Shown here one piece after another: positions 28,492-37,748 of a stretch of DNA of 64,000 nucleotides; within the stretch, counting starts at the first letter, position 1, and each line of letters starts with the position of its first letter. The position numbers were made by a program, and so were the translations under genes. Under the pieces are notes generated by a model, which was not told where the DNA came from, ran no database searches, and saw only the letters and a list, made by a program, of their open reading frames with translations. Origin of the DNA: Candidatus Bathyarchaeia archaeon (GTDB lineage: Archaea; Thermoproteota; Bathyarchaeia; 40CM-2-53-6); NCBI GenBank assembly GCA_050012795.1, contig JBEKGM010000020.1, forward strand, positions 7,162-71,161, in the 5' to 3' direction.

Positions 28492-28974
28492 TTAGTAAAT
28501 CCTAGCGAACCTCAGCGCCTGCGGGCTTCGCCGCAGAAGGCGCCATCTCAGTATCATCTTAACGTAGTTTGCGCCGGTCCTTGGCGGCACTTTCTTAGTC
28601 CATTTGAAGCTGGAGAATTCGTGGCCGTCAGCGGTCGCGCGCCCGCCGGGTTTGTTGGATGCGACGCAGATGGTGACGTCTGCCCGGGTTGGAAATTTCA
28701 CGGGGAAGACGCCTACGAGGTGGAGGTTGCTCGCGCTGAGGCCGTATTCGTTCAGGATCCTGTCGGCCGCGCTCCGTAAGCTTTCTCCTCGGCACATCCT
28801 TCCGCCTGGGGTCGCCCAGACGTTACCGTAGGGTTGGATCTTGCGCCATCCGAGGAGGATCTCCCCCTTCGAGTTCTCGAGGAGTATGTCCACGCAAGGG
28901 ATGGGGATGGAGCGCTTGACCTGTCGCCATACGCGTTCGGGGATCCATTCACTAGGCATTGATGACGGTTTCAT
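28492..28974 (-). CDS. NUDIX hydrolase (GDP-mannose mannosyl hydrolase-like)
   Basis: PIPCVDILL, WATPGGRMCRGESLRSAADRILNEYG. Confidence 0.85.
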   Translation of the reverse strand: MKPSSMPSEWIPERVWRQVKRSIPIPCVDILLENSKGEILLGWRKIQPYGNVWATPGGRMCRGESLRSAADRILNEYGLSASNLHLVGVFPVKFPTRADVTICVASNKPGGRATADGHEFSSFKWTKKVPPRTGANYVKMILRWRLLRRSPQALRFARIY

Positions 28975-29058
28975 TCTTGCTAGCCGAATTGAATGGAGCG
29001 CACGGTCTGATTCATAATGCTACTTATGCTGAGAATCCGCACGCGTTGTGAGGAATGG

Positions 29059-29448
29059 TTACGCTCTGATCTCTGACTGGCAGAACTGGCAGGTGAAGTA
29101 TCTGGAGTAACCGTGCAGGTAGTCTGTTGACGTCTTCTCACATTTCATGCACCTGAACCAGAAGAATTGAGTTGCCTTGGGGATGTATTGGACGAAGGCA
29201 TGCTGCGGGAAACCTAGACGGATCAGGAAGCGTTTGATGATTCCAGGCGAGTCAAGTTGCGGTGATGGTTTCTCGTCCTCGTGCAGGTTGAGTGTGCTCC
29301 ATTGCTTCGTGTGGCAATTTGAGCATTCGACCAAGTTTCGTTGAACGTGCTGAAGCCGGTGACCGCCACATCTGCTGCATGCTACTCTGAAAGCTAGCCA
29401 AACTTGACCTCGGTCTTGAGCTACCTGTTTCTGGCTGGTGAATGTCAT
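29059..29448 (-). CDS. Double Zn-ribbon protein (paralog of the 20401 C-terminus)
   Basis: RVACSRCG...ECSNCH; RLGFPQHAF...DYLHGYSRYFTCQFC. Confidence 0.75.
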   Translation of the reverse strand: MTFTSQKQVAQDRGQVWLAFRVACSRCGGHRLQHVQRNLVECSNCHTKQWSTLNLHEDEKPSPQLDSPGIIKRFLIRLGFPQHAFVQYIPKATQFFWFRCMKCEKTSTDYLHGYSRYFTCQFCQSEIRA

Positions 29449-29564
29449 GTCGATGTTCGAGTAGTGGATGTCAAGTTGCTAAGCTAAGCTGAGTGTTACC
29501 GTTCGTTGGCAACCGCGGGGACAGGAAGGAGCTTCGAATCCTCCTGCTAGAATTTGGGTTCGAC

Positions 29565-29993
29565 TCAAACTACTCTTGTGACGGCGCACGGCGCAAAGTA
29601 TGTGGTTCCAGTGTACAGGCCGGTTAAGGTGTTGGCGCCGCCGAGTGGGGGTACCCTGAACGTGAGGTAGCAGACTCCTTGGCCATCCGTAACGCAACTC
29701 ACGGGTTGACCCCAGCTGGGGGAGATATTGAGTGTTTGTCCAGCTATTACTCCATTCAGGCCGTTGCCCGTGGCCACGAGTGTGGCGTTCACGAGGAGAA
29801 TCGGGATCCTGTAGGTACTTTGGTTTTGGAAGGCGAAGCTCACGTTCAGTTCGATGGTTGTGGCGACACGCACAATCGTGGTGACGGTGACGTATACTTC
29901 GTTAATGGTCTGCCTCGTTGCGTGTGAAGGGATGAAGCTGGCGAAGCATATGGCTAGGATGAGGATTACGGATAATGCTTGAGTCCTCTTCAC
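29565..29993 (-). CDS. Secreted Ig-like hypothetical protein
   Basis: Signal peptide; CVTDGQGVC...YTGTTYFAPC. Confidence 0.65.
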   Translation of the reverse strand: MKRTQALSVILILAICFASFIPSHATRQTINEVYVTVTTIVRVATTIELNVSFAFQNQSTYRIPILLVNATLVATGNGLNGVIAGQTLNISPSWGQPVSCVTDGQGVCYLTFRVPPLGGANTLTGLYTGTTYFAPCAVTRVV

Positions 29994-30044
29994 TTACGCC
30001 ACCCGGAGCAAGGTTAGTTCAACCGTAACTTGTGCTTAAGCTTC

Positions 30045-30506
30045 TTACTGCTGGCTTATTGAGGTGACGTATATTCTAATTCCGGAACAGGAGTCTTGGG
30101 GTGACGGCTCCCAGGTCAAGTATTGACCGTACAGGGTCACTTGGCCCGTCGGGTAAGCGGCGGGGAGGTTGTATAACCCGTACGTGTTGTGGTCGCTTGC
30201 GTACATGTAGACGCAACCGGTCTGGTTCGGGGGCAAGAAGCCTGATAGTGGACCAACTGGGGGACCTAGCAACGCGTACGGGGCTGTGTACGCGAAGGTG
30301 ATCATGCTCTTCGTTGAACTCGTAATTGTCTCCGTCACGGTTACGGTGGATGTGGCTGAACTCGTCGTGGTCGAATACTGCTCGACGGTCGTTGCTGGCG
30401 AAAGGTTCCTTGACGGGATGAAGGCCAAGCCGACGGCAAGGGCTAGGAGGCAGACGGTTGTTAGAATTAGGGCTTCGTGTCGGTTCATGCAAGTCCCGCC
30501 CTTCAA
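30045..30506 (-). CDS. Secreted/membrane-anchored Thr-rich hypothetical protein
   Basis: N-terminal hydrophobic helix, T/S linker, Cys pair. Confidence 0.65.
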   Translation of the reverse strand: MKGGTCMNRHEALILTTVCLLALAVGLAFIPSRNLSPATTVEQYSTTTSSATSTVTVTETITSSTKSMITFAYTAPYALLGPPVGPLSGFLPPNQTGCVYMYASDHNTYGLYNLPAAYPTGQVTLYGQYLTWEPSPQDSCSGIRIYVTSISQQ

Positions 30507-30645
30507 TTCTACTCAAACACCGAGGCTAGAATTAAGCCTACGCAAGAAGGCGCAAACACTACATGAGCATGTTAACTGTGAATGTTAAAGCGTAACGCAG
30601 GCTTCTCCTAAACGGGAAATTCCGCGGCAAGAAACCATATAATGC

Positions 30646-32097
30646 GTGCGAAACGTGAACCTGTCAACAGGTGAAGTCTCCTTGGCAAAGTCGCCGGAAA
30701 AGTACTTGGCGGGTTTCGCGGTGACCGCAATCCTTTCCTGGCTGTTGCTGATGCTCTTTCCCTTCTACCCAGCTGAACTGACGATCATTCTGGCTCTCGG
30801 GCTCGGGATTGTGGGGGTTAAATCCGTACGAAGCGGGTTGATGCTGGCTACGCTCCTCACCATGATCGCAGCCATGTACCAGGGTGAAATGGTTGGGTTA
30901 ACCGTCTTCATTGTTCTAGTGCTCGCGTCCCCCCTGGACGGTTGGAATCTTGCTTCAATGGTCACTTCGTGGATACTGACGTTTCTAACTCCATTCCCGT
31001 CGCTCGCGATTCTTCCCGTGGTTGCCTCCGGCCTTTACGAGCGGCAGGGAGAAGCATTGAGGCTTGGAGTATTATCCGGCGTTACGATTTTTCTCCTAAG
31101 CTGGACCCGTAGCTTAAGCAACGCAGGCCTCATCCTCGTGCCGTCAACCAGTCTCTACGCTGCGAAGAGTATCCCGTCTCCATGGTACCTTACGCTCTTC
31201 ATGTCGAACGTTGACGCGTTCAACTTGAGCAGCCTGACGAATTACTACGCGCCTTTACTCGCCAACCTGAACGATTATCGAGTGTACGTGGCGTTAATCA
31301 CGTGGATGTTAGCAGGCTACATAACCGGCCTGCTCATATCAACCAAGAAGCGTCCGCTGTATTTTGTTTCAGGCCTGGTCGGAGTTCTTCCAGCAGCAGT
31401 TGCAGGCCTAATCATCACTAAGACGCCGTCACTGCAAGTGGTTGCAGCCATCGTTCTGGCCGCGGTCCTCCCGCTCGTCTACCTGCCTATCCGTTCGAGA
31501 GTCGAGGCAAGGCGAAAGGGTAAAAGGGTTCAGGCGCCCGCCCCAGCCGCGACTGGACCGAAGGACGGGCGTCAACTCGCAGCCATCATGGTCACTGACG
31601 TGGTTGGGTACACGGCCCTGGCGAAGGAAGATGAATCGGTAGCGCGGACGCTTCTAACGGTTCAGAAGGAGAGGCTTCGACCAATCCTGGAGAGGCATAA
31701 TGGCCGAGAGATCAAGTCGACGGGTGACACTCGCATCGTCGAGTTCACGAACGCACTGGACGCTGTGAACTGCGCAGTTGAAATTCAAACCTTCTTAGAG
31801 AAGGAGAAGTTGACGATGAGTGGCGGGAAAGAGATGAAGATTCGCATCGGCCTGCATTTAGGCGACGTGATTCACCGCGAAGGTGACGTCCTGGGGGAAG
31901 CAGTGAACGTTGCCTCGCGCATTGAAATCCTGGCAGACCCGGGGGGAGTCTGCATCTCACGCCAAGTTTACGATCAGGTGTGGAGTGAAGTGGATTACGA
32001 GATGACGCTGCTTGGCCCTCAAGAACTGAAGAACGTGCAGTACCCAACTGAAATCTACCGCGTCTCACCCAAGAAAATAATTCAGCAGTCCCGATGA
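30646..32097 (+). CDS. Multi-pass membrane class III adenylate/guanylate cyclase
   Basis: TDVVGYT, IKSTGD, RIGLHLGD, GEAVNVASRIE; many N-terminal TM helices. Confidence 0.9.
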   Translation: MRNVNLSTGEVSLAKSPEKYLAGFAVTAILSWLLLMLFPFYPAELTIILALGLGIVGVKSVRSGLMLATLLTMIAAMYQGEMVGLTVFIVLVLASPLDGWNLASMVTSWILTFLTPFPSLAILPVVASGLYERQGEALRLGVLSGVTIFLLSWTRSLSNAGLILVPSTSLYAAKSIPSPWYLTLFMSNVDAFNLSSLTNYYAPLLANLNDYRVYVALITWMLAGYITGLLISTKKRPLYFVSGLVGVLPAAVAGLIITKTPSLQVVAAIVLAAVLPLVYLPIRSRVEARRKGKRVQAPAPAATGPKDGRQLAAIMVTDVVGYTALAKEDESVARTLLTVQKERLRPILERHNGREIKSTGDTRIVEFTNALDAVNCAVEIQTFLEKEKLTMSGGKEMKIRIGLHLGDVIHREGDVLGEAVNVASRIEILADPGGVCISRQVYDQVWSEVDYEMTLLGPQELKNVQYPTEIYRVSPKKIIQQSR

Positions 32098-32104
32098 TTC
32101 CCGG

Positions 32105-33349
32105 TCATGTTCGAACGGTGGGGATTTCACGTAACGATCTAACTGGTTCAATGAAGAGGAAGATTACTCCAACGGTTGATAGGGCGGCTCCGGTGACGAG
32201 CGTTGAGAAGATTCCGAATTGTGTTCCCAGGATTCCGCCTATGAAAGAGCCTAGGGGGAGTGTTCCTCGAATTATCGAACGAACCGTCGCGTTCATTCGG
32301 CCTTGTATGTGATCGGGTGTTATCGCCTGTCTAAGGCTGACCTGGTTAATGTTGTAGATTGGGATGCCGACGTTTGAAAGCATCAGGAATAACCCTACGA
32401 GCGGTATCGTCGGACCATACACGGCGAAAGGGATCAAGGCTAAGCAGATTCCCTGGAAAATTATGGAGACGGCTAATGAAGGACCCAAACCTAGAACGCT
32501 AGCGGCTTTTGACGCGGTTAACGCGCCTACTACGAATCCGACGGCTCCAAGAGTGAAGATGAGGCCAACTGTCTCCGGCGGCAGGCTGAGCTGGTCGTAC
32601 AGGAAGAGGTAGACGACGGCGAAGTAGACTCCGGCGCCGAAGTTTAGCATGGCGGTGCAAGCCGTGATGCTGCGTAGGACGGGGTTGCTGAACACGATTC
32701 TACCGCCCTCCTTCAGTTCCCGTACGAAGTTGCGGTCAAGATTCGAATGTAGCGGGGCTTCAGGCTTTCTGATGGAGAAGATCATCAGCGCGGAGCAGAG
32801 GAAGCCGAATGCTTCGACCGCGAAGGCCTGGGCGGCTCCGAGTAGTTTGATTAGGAATCCTCCGAGCGCTGGACCCACGACTTGGGCTCCTGATTGGGTC
32901 GTCTGAATCTTGGAGTTGCCTTCAATCAAGTCCCCTCGTTCAATGAGCGACGGCAGGTAGGATTGGTTCGCGACGTCGAAGAATACGGTAAAGATGCCTA
33001 ACAACGTTGCAACAATGAACAATTGGTGAAGTTGGAGTATTCCGAAGATGAAGGCCAGCGGCACCCATAGGAGCGTAAGCATCCGGCCTAAGTTCGCGGC
33101 AACCATCATGGGGCGGCGACGCCACCTATCCGCCCAGACTCCAACGAAGACTCCTAGGACTGGAACAGGGAGCATTTGGAGTCCGTTCAGGATCCCCATG
33201 TCCATGGCTCCCGCATTCAAGAGTAGTATGGCCACCGTGGGCAGTGCCAGGTTAGTGACCTCTCCGCCAACCGCTTCAATCGTCTGACTGACCCAAAGCC
33301 GCATGAAATCCTCGTGATGCCAAAGGCGACCCATCGAGAGGGATTTCAT
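32105..33349 (-). CDS. MFS transporter (MefA/DHA3-like)
   Basis: GVWADRWRRRP, PDHIQGRMNA, ~12 TM. Confidence 0.92.
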   Translation of the reverse strand: MKSLSMGRLWHHEDFMRLWVSQTIEAVGGEVTNLALPTVAILLLNAGAMDMGILNGLQMLPVPVLGVFVGVWADRWRRRPMMVAANLGRMLTLLWVPLAFIFGILQLHQLFIVATLLGIFTVFFDVANQSYLPSLIERGDLIEGNSKIQTTQSGAQVVGPALGGFLIKLLGAAQAFAVEAFGFLCSALMIFSIRKPEAPLHSNLDRNFVRELKEGGRIVFSNPVLRSITACTAMLNFGAGVYFAVVYLFLYDQLSLPPETVGLIFTLGAVGFVVGALTASKAASVLGLGPSLAVSIIFQGICLALIPFAVYGPTIPLVGLFLMLSNVGIPIYNINQVSLRQAITPDHIQGRMNATVRSIIRGTLPLGSFIGGILGTQFGIFSTLVTGAALSTVGVIFLFIEPVRSLREIPTVRT

Positions 33350-33516
33350 ATCCTAAGACGCCGCCCTTTCTCTTCTCGAGGACTCCACGTGTCGCACCTA
33401 TACTGAAGCCTGCCATTGGGTTACGGGCTTTCAGTTAAATGAGTTCGCAAAGGATTCTGGGAGTAATTACCTGAATCCAGCATAGGCGAACTTGACATTG
33501 CTGAAGTGAATCGGGG

Positions 33517-33753
33517 TCAGCGCTCAGCCTCAAGCGGCGTCATGATGCGTTTGGCTGAACGCAATTCTAATCCCATTATGGGTACGCATGCCATAATGAG
33601 TAGGAAAATCAGCATAGCCCAGCCGAAGACCTGAACGGGCAGGTCATTTGTGTTCAGGCCAACGATCGAGTTCAAATAGAATAGTGCGAGGCATGATACT
33701 CCCGCACCAATGAAACCGAGAAGTAACCCTTCAACGTCTGGCTCAACCTTCAA
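33517..33753 (-). CDS. Small 2-TM membrane protein
   Basis: Two hydrophobic helices. Confidence 0.5.
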   Translation of the reverse strand: MKVEPDVEGLLLGFIGAGVSCLALFYLNSIVGLNTNDLPVQVFGWAMLIFLLIMACVPIMGLELRSAKRIMTPLEAER

Positions 33754-33818
33754 CGGTAATCAGGTCGGAGGGTTAGTTGCTTAGCCCTTATGACTCTTCC
33801 CTAAGTATGCCAGTGTAG

Positions 33819-34007
33819 TCATCTGGCTGGGAAGGTGACGATCAAGTCGTCACTCTGGTTGAGGTCGAGGAAGAAGGATTGTTCTTGATGGCACTTCCGG
33901 CATGTGAGTCGATTTGAGCCGGTAATGCTCAGGTCGTTTCCACCGCAATTGATGTATGCCACTCGTACTGCCAGCCATTGCCGCTCCTCCAGCCTCACAG
34001 ACGCCAT
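33819..34007 (-). CDS. Single Zn-ribbon member of the 20401/29059 family (first Cys replaced by Tyr)
   Basis: WLAVRVAYINCGG...TCRKCH vs WLAFRVACSRCGG...ECSNCH. Confidence 0.55.
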   Translation of the reverse strand: MASVRLEERQWLAVRVAYINCGGNDLSITGSNRLTCRKCHQEQSFFLDLNQSDDLIVTFPAR

Positions 34008-34062
34008 AGAATATCATCCACAGTTTTCGAGAACAAATTGACAACCGCGTCGTAAAGCACAT

Positions 34063-34704
34063 GTGTCACTACCGGGTCGTGAATGCAGTTACAGCACTCT
34101 GATGTCACAGCTAGCGTACATTGATGACGTGAAACCGTTGACGTTAGTTAAGCCGGCCGTTGCAGAAGTTAAAGGAGACATTTACCCAGCCAAGCCACCG
34201 TTTGAAGAAAATCCAGGCCATCTTGAACTCGCGCTGGATCGTATGACGCGAAAGTCAATGTACATACTCCGGCTTCTCTGCGAAGGCGGAAACCGGTCAA
34301 CGATGATGACATCGCACATCAGCCAGGTGGAGTTGGCGAGGAAGCTGCATGTAACCCGCCAAGCCCTGAGCGTTCATTTGAAACGATTATCCGAATTAAG
34401 TCTAGTACAAGTTGGACGCGGATTCGTCAACGTAACGGAGGATGGTCTACGCGCCGCAGGCTACCACCGCAACCCCGCAATTCTAATCGTACGCTTCGCA
34501 CCACAGAAACAGTTGGAGGCTGTGGAGAAGATGAGGAAGATCCCATCAGTGGAAGCTTTCCGCGTCGCGGGCGACGCAGACTTCGCAATCTTCACTGAAC
34601 AGGAGAACTTGGATCGCACGCTAGCGCATCTTTACAGTGTAGACGGAATCCTCGAGGTAAGGACCCTCATCGCAACCGAGGTCCTGAAACACATAAACTA
34701 CTAG
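34063..34704 (+). CDS. Lrp/AsnC family regulator
   Basis: SQVELARKLHVTRQALSVHLKRL HTH; RVAGDADF RAM motif. Confidence 0.85.
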   Translation: MSLPGRECSYSTLMSQLAYIDDVKPLTLVKPAVAEVKGDIYPAKPPFEENPGHLELALDRMTRKSMYILRLLCEGGNRSTMMTSHISQVELARKLHVTRQALSVHLKRLSELSLVQVGRGFVNVTEDGLRAAGYHRNPAILIVRFAPQKQLEAVEKMRKIPSVEAFRVAGDADFAIFTEQENLDRTLAHLYSVDGILEVRTLIATEVLKHINY

Positions 34705-34920
34705 GCTAATGAGCCCTACTCTACTCACGCCACGAAAGCAGGCTTAATCGCCTAAGTGGCCGCCGCCATTCCTTCCCATATGCAATCCCCAGATACATGA
34801 ATGAGATGCTGACCTTGCATTTATCAATGCTTCCGTTGACGATCGTTTGTTGATTTCTCATTAATGTTAAGGATTACTTTGCTACGCGCAAGCATGTCAC
34901 TTCCAAAGTCAACAGGATAC

Positions 34921-34975
34921 TAACCTAGGCATCTTATTTACAAGATTCAGTATAGTTCTAGGTAAGAAACGTAAG
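34921..34975. promoter_or_regulatory. TAACCTAG...CTAGGTAAGAAA motif pair upstream of micro-ORF + tandem Lrp
   Basis: Same TAGGTAA(A/G)AAA motif as at 21082 and 21277. Confidence 0.5.
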
Positions 34976-34986
34976 AGGAATTGAAT

Positions 34987-35169
34987 ATGTGCGACCACTG
35001 CGACGTTCTCACGGGCGTCCTGACTCAGCTGTGCGGAGCTAAAGTGGCTCAAGTAATAATGAGACGAACTGTTGCTGAACTCCACGGCCACGAAGCAGAA
35101 CTCCACGATCATCAAGCAACTCTCGTTCGAACGGACTTCGATTCAGTCGTTGTAGCAAGCGCCGTTTAG
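34987..35169 (+). CDS. Small CxxC/His-rich protein
   Basis: MCDHC...AELHGHEAELHDH; directly upstream of 35216. Confidence 0.55.
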   Translation: MCDHCDVLTGVLTQLCGAKVAQVIMRRTVAELHGHEAELHDHQATLVRTDFDSVVVASAV

Positions 35170-35215
35170 TCGCTGACGCGAGAGCGTTGGCTGCTACTTT
35201 TGAATAGAAAGGGAG

Positions 35216-36382
35216 GTGGCTGAGTTAAAGGCCGAGACTGTTAGAATCGTCGACTCCTACGGTGGTATTCGGGAAATCGCAAAGCAACTTGACCCAACGA
35301 ACATTAAGATTCTCACGACCATGGCGAAGCTCGGTCCACGAAATCTGCTGGACGTTGCGAGGGAGTGTGGTATACCATTCACCACAGTTTACCATCGCAT
35401 CGCTCAGATCGAAGCCAAATCGAAGCAGGTCGCAATTCTAGTCCCTAACGTGGTCAGAATCGGAATGGTGAGACTGGTCGTGCTAGCAGCGGCAAGTGCG
35501 GGTGAAGAACAAGAAGTCACCAAAGCACTCATGATCCCTAACTTCTGGAGGGCCATTGAGCGGTGTGAAGGGGCGTTCACTCATCACACGGTGCAGGTGG
35601 TTCCTCGCGTTTTTCTCAAACAATTCAAGGAGTACATTGCTAGGATGATGGAGATGAACATCATCAAGTCCTACCGAATCCTGATGACGAGTGACTCAGT
35701 CCCGAACTTCCCAGACTTCTCTTTCTACAATTCTGGCACGAACGAGTGGACCTTCGATTGGGAAAGTTGGATGGCGGAGTTGAATGATGGGAATCCACCC
35801 AGCAGGACAATTGAGGACCCGGAAGAATCCGCCGCGGCTGTGGACAAAGTTGATCTTCAGATCCTAGAGAATCTCGAGTTGAACGCCCGCGCAAGCTTCA
35901 CGGATATTGCGCGAGACGTGAAAGTGTCGCCGCAGACTGTGAAGCACCGGTATGATTCGAAGCTGCTGCCGAATGGGATAGTGAAAGCCTGGCAGTTTGA
36001 CGTTGTACCCTACCCACTGGAAGCCGCGGCGTTGCATGAAGTGATGCTGCAGTTCACTAGCAAAGAAGCAATGAACAAATTCTTCTCTCTTGCTGAGAAG
36101 CTGTTCTTTGTAGTCAGCGTCTCGAAGGTTCTTCGACAGAACGCACTGCTAGTGAGAACCTTCACTTTGAATCCCCAAGTACCAAGAATGTTCGATTTCT
36201 TTTCATGGCTGGCCAAGGTAGGCCTCCTCGAATCATACTCTGCTGCCCGGTTACATTTGGGGACGAGGGAGAAACAAACGGTATCATCTGAGCTCTTCAA
36301 CGACGAGACTAAGGAGTGGACGTGGAACGCGGACGAGTCTGAGATTGGGCTTAGGGCTATACGCGACGAAGTTCAATCATGA
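35216..36382 (+). CDS. Tandem Lrp/AsnC-type regulator (paralog of 21333)
   Basis: KQLDPTNIKIL, PNxWR, PNFPxFxxY, KVLxxNALLVRT shared with 21333. Confidence 0.85.
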   Translation: MAELKAETVRIVDSYGGIREIAKQLDPTNIKILTTMAKLGPRNLLDVARECGIPFTTVYHRIAQIEAKSKQVAILVPNVVRIGMVRLVVLAAASAGEEQEVTKALMIPNFWRAIERCEGAFTHHTVQVVPRVFLKQFKEYIARMMEMNIIKSYRILMTSDSVPNFPDFSFYNSGTNEWTFDWESWMAELNDGNPPSRTIEDPEESAAAVDKVDLQILENLELNARASFTDIARDVKVSPQTVKHRYDSKLLPNGIVKAWQFDVVPYPLEAAALHEVMLQFTSKEAMNKFFSLAEKLFFVVSVSKVLRQNALLVRTFTLNPQVPRMFDFFSWLAKVGLLESYSAARLHLGTREKQTVSSELFNDETKEWTWNADESEIGLRAIRDEVQS

Positions 36383-36465
36383 CATGCGTAGGAATTGCCT
36401 AGAGTTCATTCGTGTTATCGTTTTAGAATCGCTGGATCTTCGTTGTGTCGAGGGCTGCTGTGCGA

Positions 36466-36726
36466 TTAGGTGCTAGTCGAAGTGCGGACTGATGGCTGGA
36501 GCATGCGAGTTAGTAGTTGAGCAGACTTGGCGGGTGAGAGTTTGCCCGTCTTGGTGAAGATCTCCAGTTGTCCAAAGCTTCGTACGAACCCGTATTTTGA
36601 GAGAAATCTCATAGAATCAGTAATCGACGTGTTAGGCTGATCAGTTAAATTCGCCAAGTCGCGGATGGAATAGTATTTGCCAGTTTCCATCATTGACCAG
36701 ATTTCATCCAGCCAACTCTGCTGCAT
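36466..36726 (-). CDS. Stand-alone wHTH protein
   Basis: IWSMMETGKYYSIRDL...FLSKYGF...SPAKSAQLL. Confidence 0.7.
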   Translation of the reverse strand: MQQSWLDEIWSMMETGKYYSIRDLANLTDQPNTSITDSMRFLSKYGFVRSFGQLEIFTKTGKLSPAKSAQLLTRMLQPSVRTSTST

Positions 36727-36867
36727 ACTTCATCAGGATGGAGTGAGTGTGCGTGAACCGGGTAAGTGTCGTGTAACCGTTCTCAGCTATTGGGCGGGAC
36801 AGCGCACAACACAGAACATTCTGAGAAATCTTCTATGGTGATGCTCCAGTTCGTACTCGTGCTGGAA

Positions 36868-37686
36868 CTATTCCGAATACTCAACTAGGAGTGCGGAAGA
36901 TGCGGGCACAATCACCCGCTCGCCCTTCGAGTCAACCAGTACCGCGCCCAGTGACTGGTACTCGACGAAGACACCTTCAACCATCCGATCCTCCATAACC
37001 ACCTTAACATTCCTTCCAGCAGAGTAATCTCTCCTCCGAAGGAATTCCAGTAGCCGCTGAGGGTCGGATGCTGCCAGCGACAAGAGTTCTTCCAGTTCCA
37101 GCAGAATATTGCAAACCAGGCTTGAGTTGTCAACTGTTCCCCCGTTTAGGTCCATTAGCGTTACGGCGTCCACCTTTCTGTCAAGTAGCTGGCGTGATTC
37201 GAAGTTGGCGTTCACGCCTATGCCTAGCAGAACGAACTCAAGTGAGTCGCCCTGCTGATGGCCTTCAGCGATCAAACCCGCGACTTTAGATCCGTTAACT
37301 ACCACATCATTGGGCCATCTGACTCTGGAGTCGATTCCAAGCTGGCTGTGAACTGCCCTAGCGACGGATAGTGCTCCGATGAGCGGGACCCATTCAACTT
37401 GCCTAGTGGTAGGGGATCGAAGGATGAGAGTCATCCATATTCCGCCGCGGGGAGATATCCAGCGTTTTCCATGTCTCCCTCGTCCGTCTGTTTGAGTTGC
37501 GGAGATGATCAAGGAACCGTGAGCTGCGGCGTTGCTTGCGAGTTTCCGTGCCGCGTCATTTGTGGAGGCACACTCGTCTAGGACGATGAGCGTTCTTCCA
37601 AGCTGCTTCGTCTTCAGCTGGTTTAGAATTGATTCGGCTGTACATCCCGATGTTGAGTCCGCTTCTCCCGTTCCCTCCAGGCACAC
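36868..37686 (-). CDS. birA: Biotin--[acetyl-CoA carboxylase] ligase
   Basis: STND, QTDGRGRHGKRW, RWPND, KVAG, GIGVN. Confidence 0.9.
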   Translation of the reverse strand: MCLEGTGEADSTSGCTAESILNQLKTKQLGRTLIVLDECASTNDAARKLASNAAAHGSLIISATQTDGRGRHGKRWISPRGGIWMTLILRSPTTRQVEWVPLIGALSVARAVHSQLGIDSRVRWPNDVVVNGSKVAGLIAEGHQQGDSLEFVLLGIGVNANFESRQLLDRKVDAVTLMDLNGGTVDNSSLVCNILLELEELLSLAASDPQRLLEFLRRRDYSAGRNVKVVMEDRMVEGVFVEYQSLGAVLVDSKGERVIVPASSALLVEYSE

Positions 37687-37748
37687 ACACTCGTAGTATG
37701 TACACCCAAATGATTTATGCCTCCCACTTGGATACGTCGACTGGCGAG

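Noticed and set aside
28135-29448. NUDIX gene inserted into a formerly fused wHTH-Zn gene
   Set aside because: The domain order (Zn upstream of wHTH) is the reverse of the fused copy, so simple interruption does not explain it
37629-37748. Long N-terminus of the KaiC-like ORF
   Set aside because: Overlaps the birA start; homology begins near 37755
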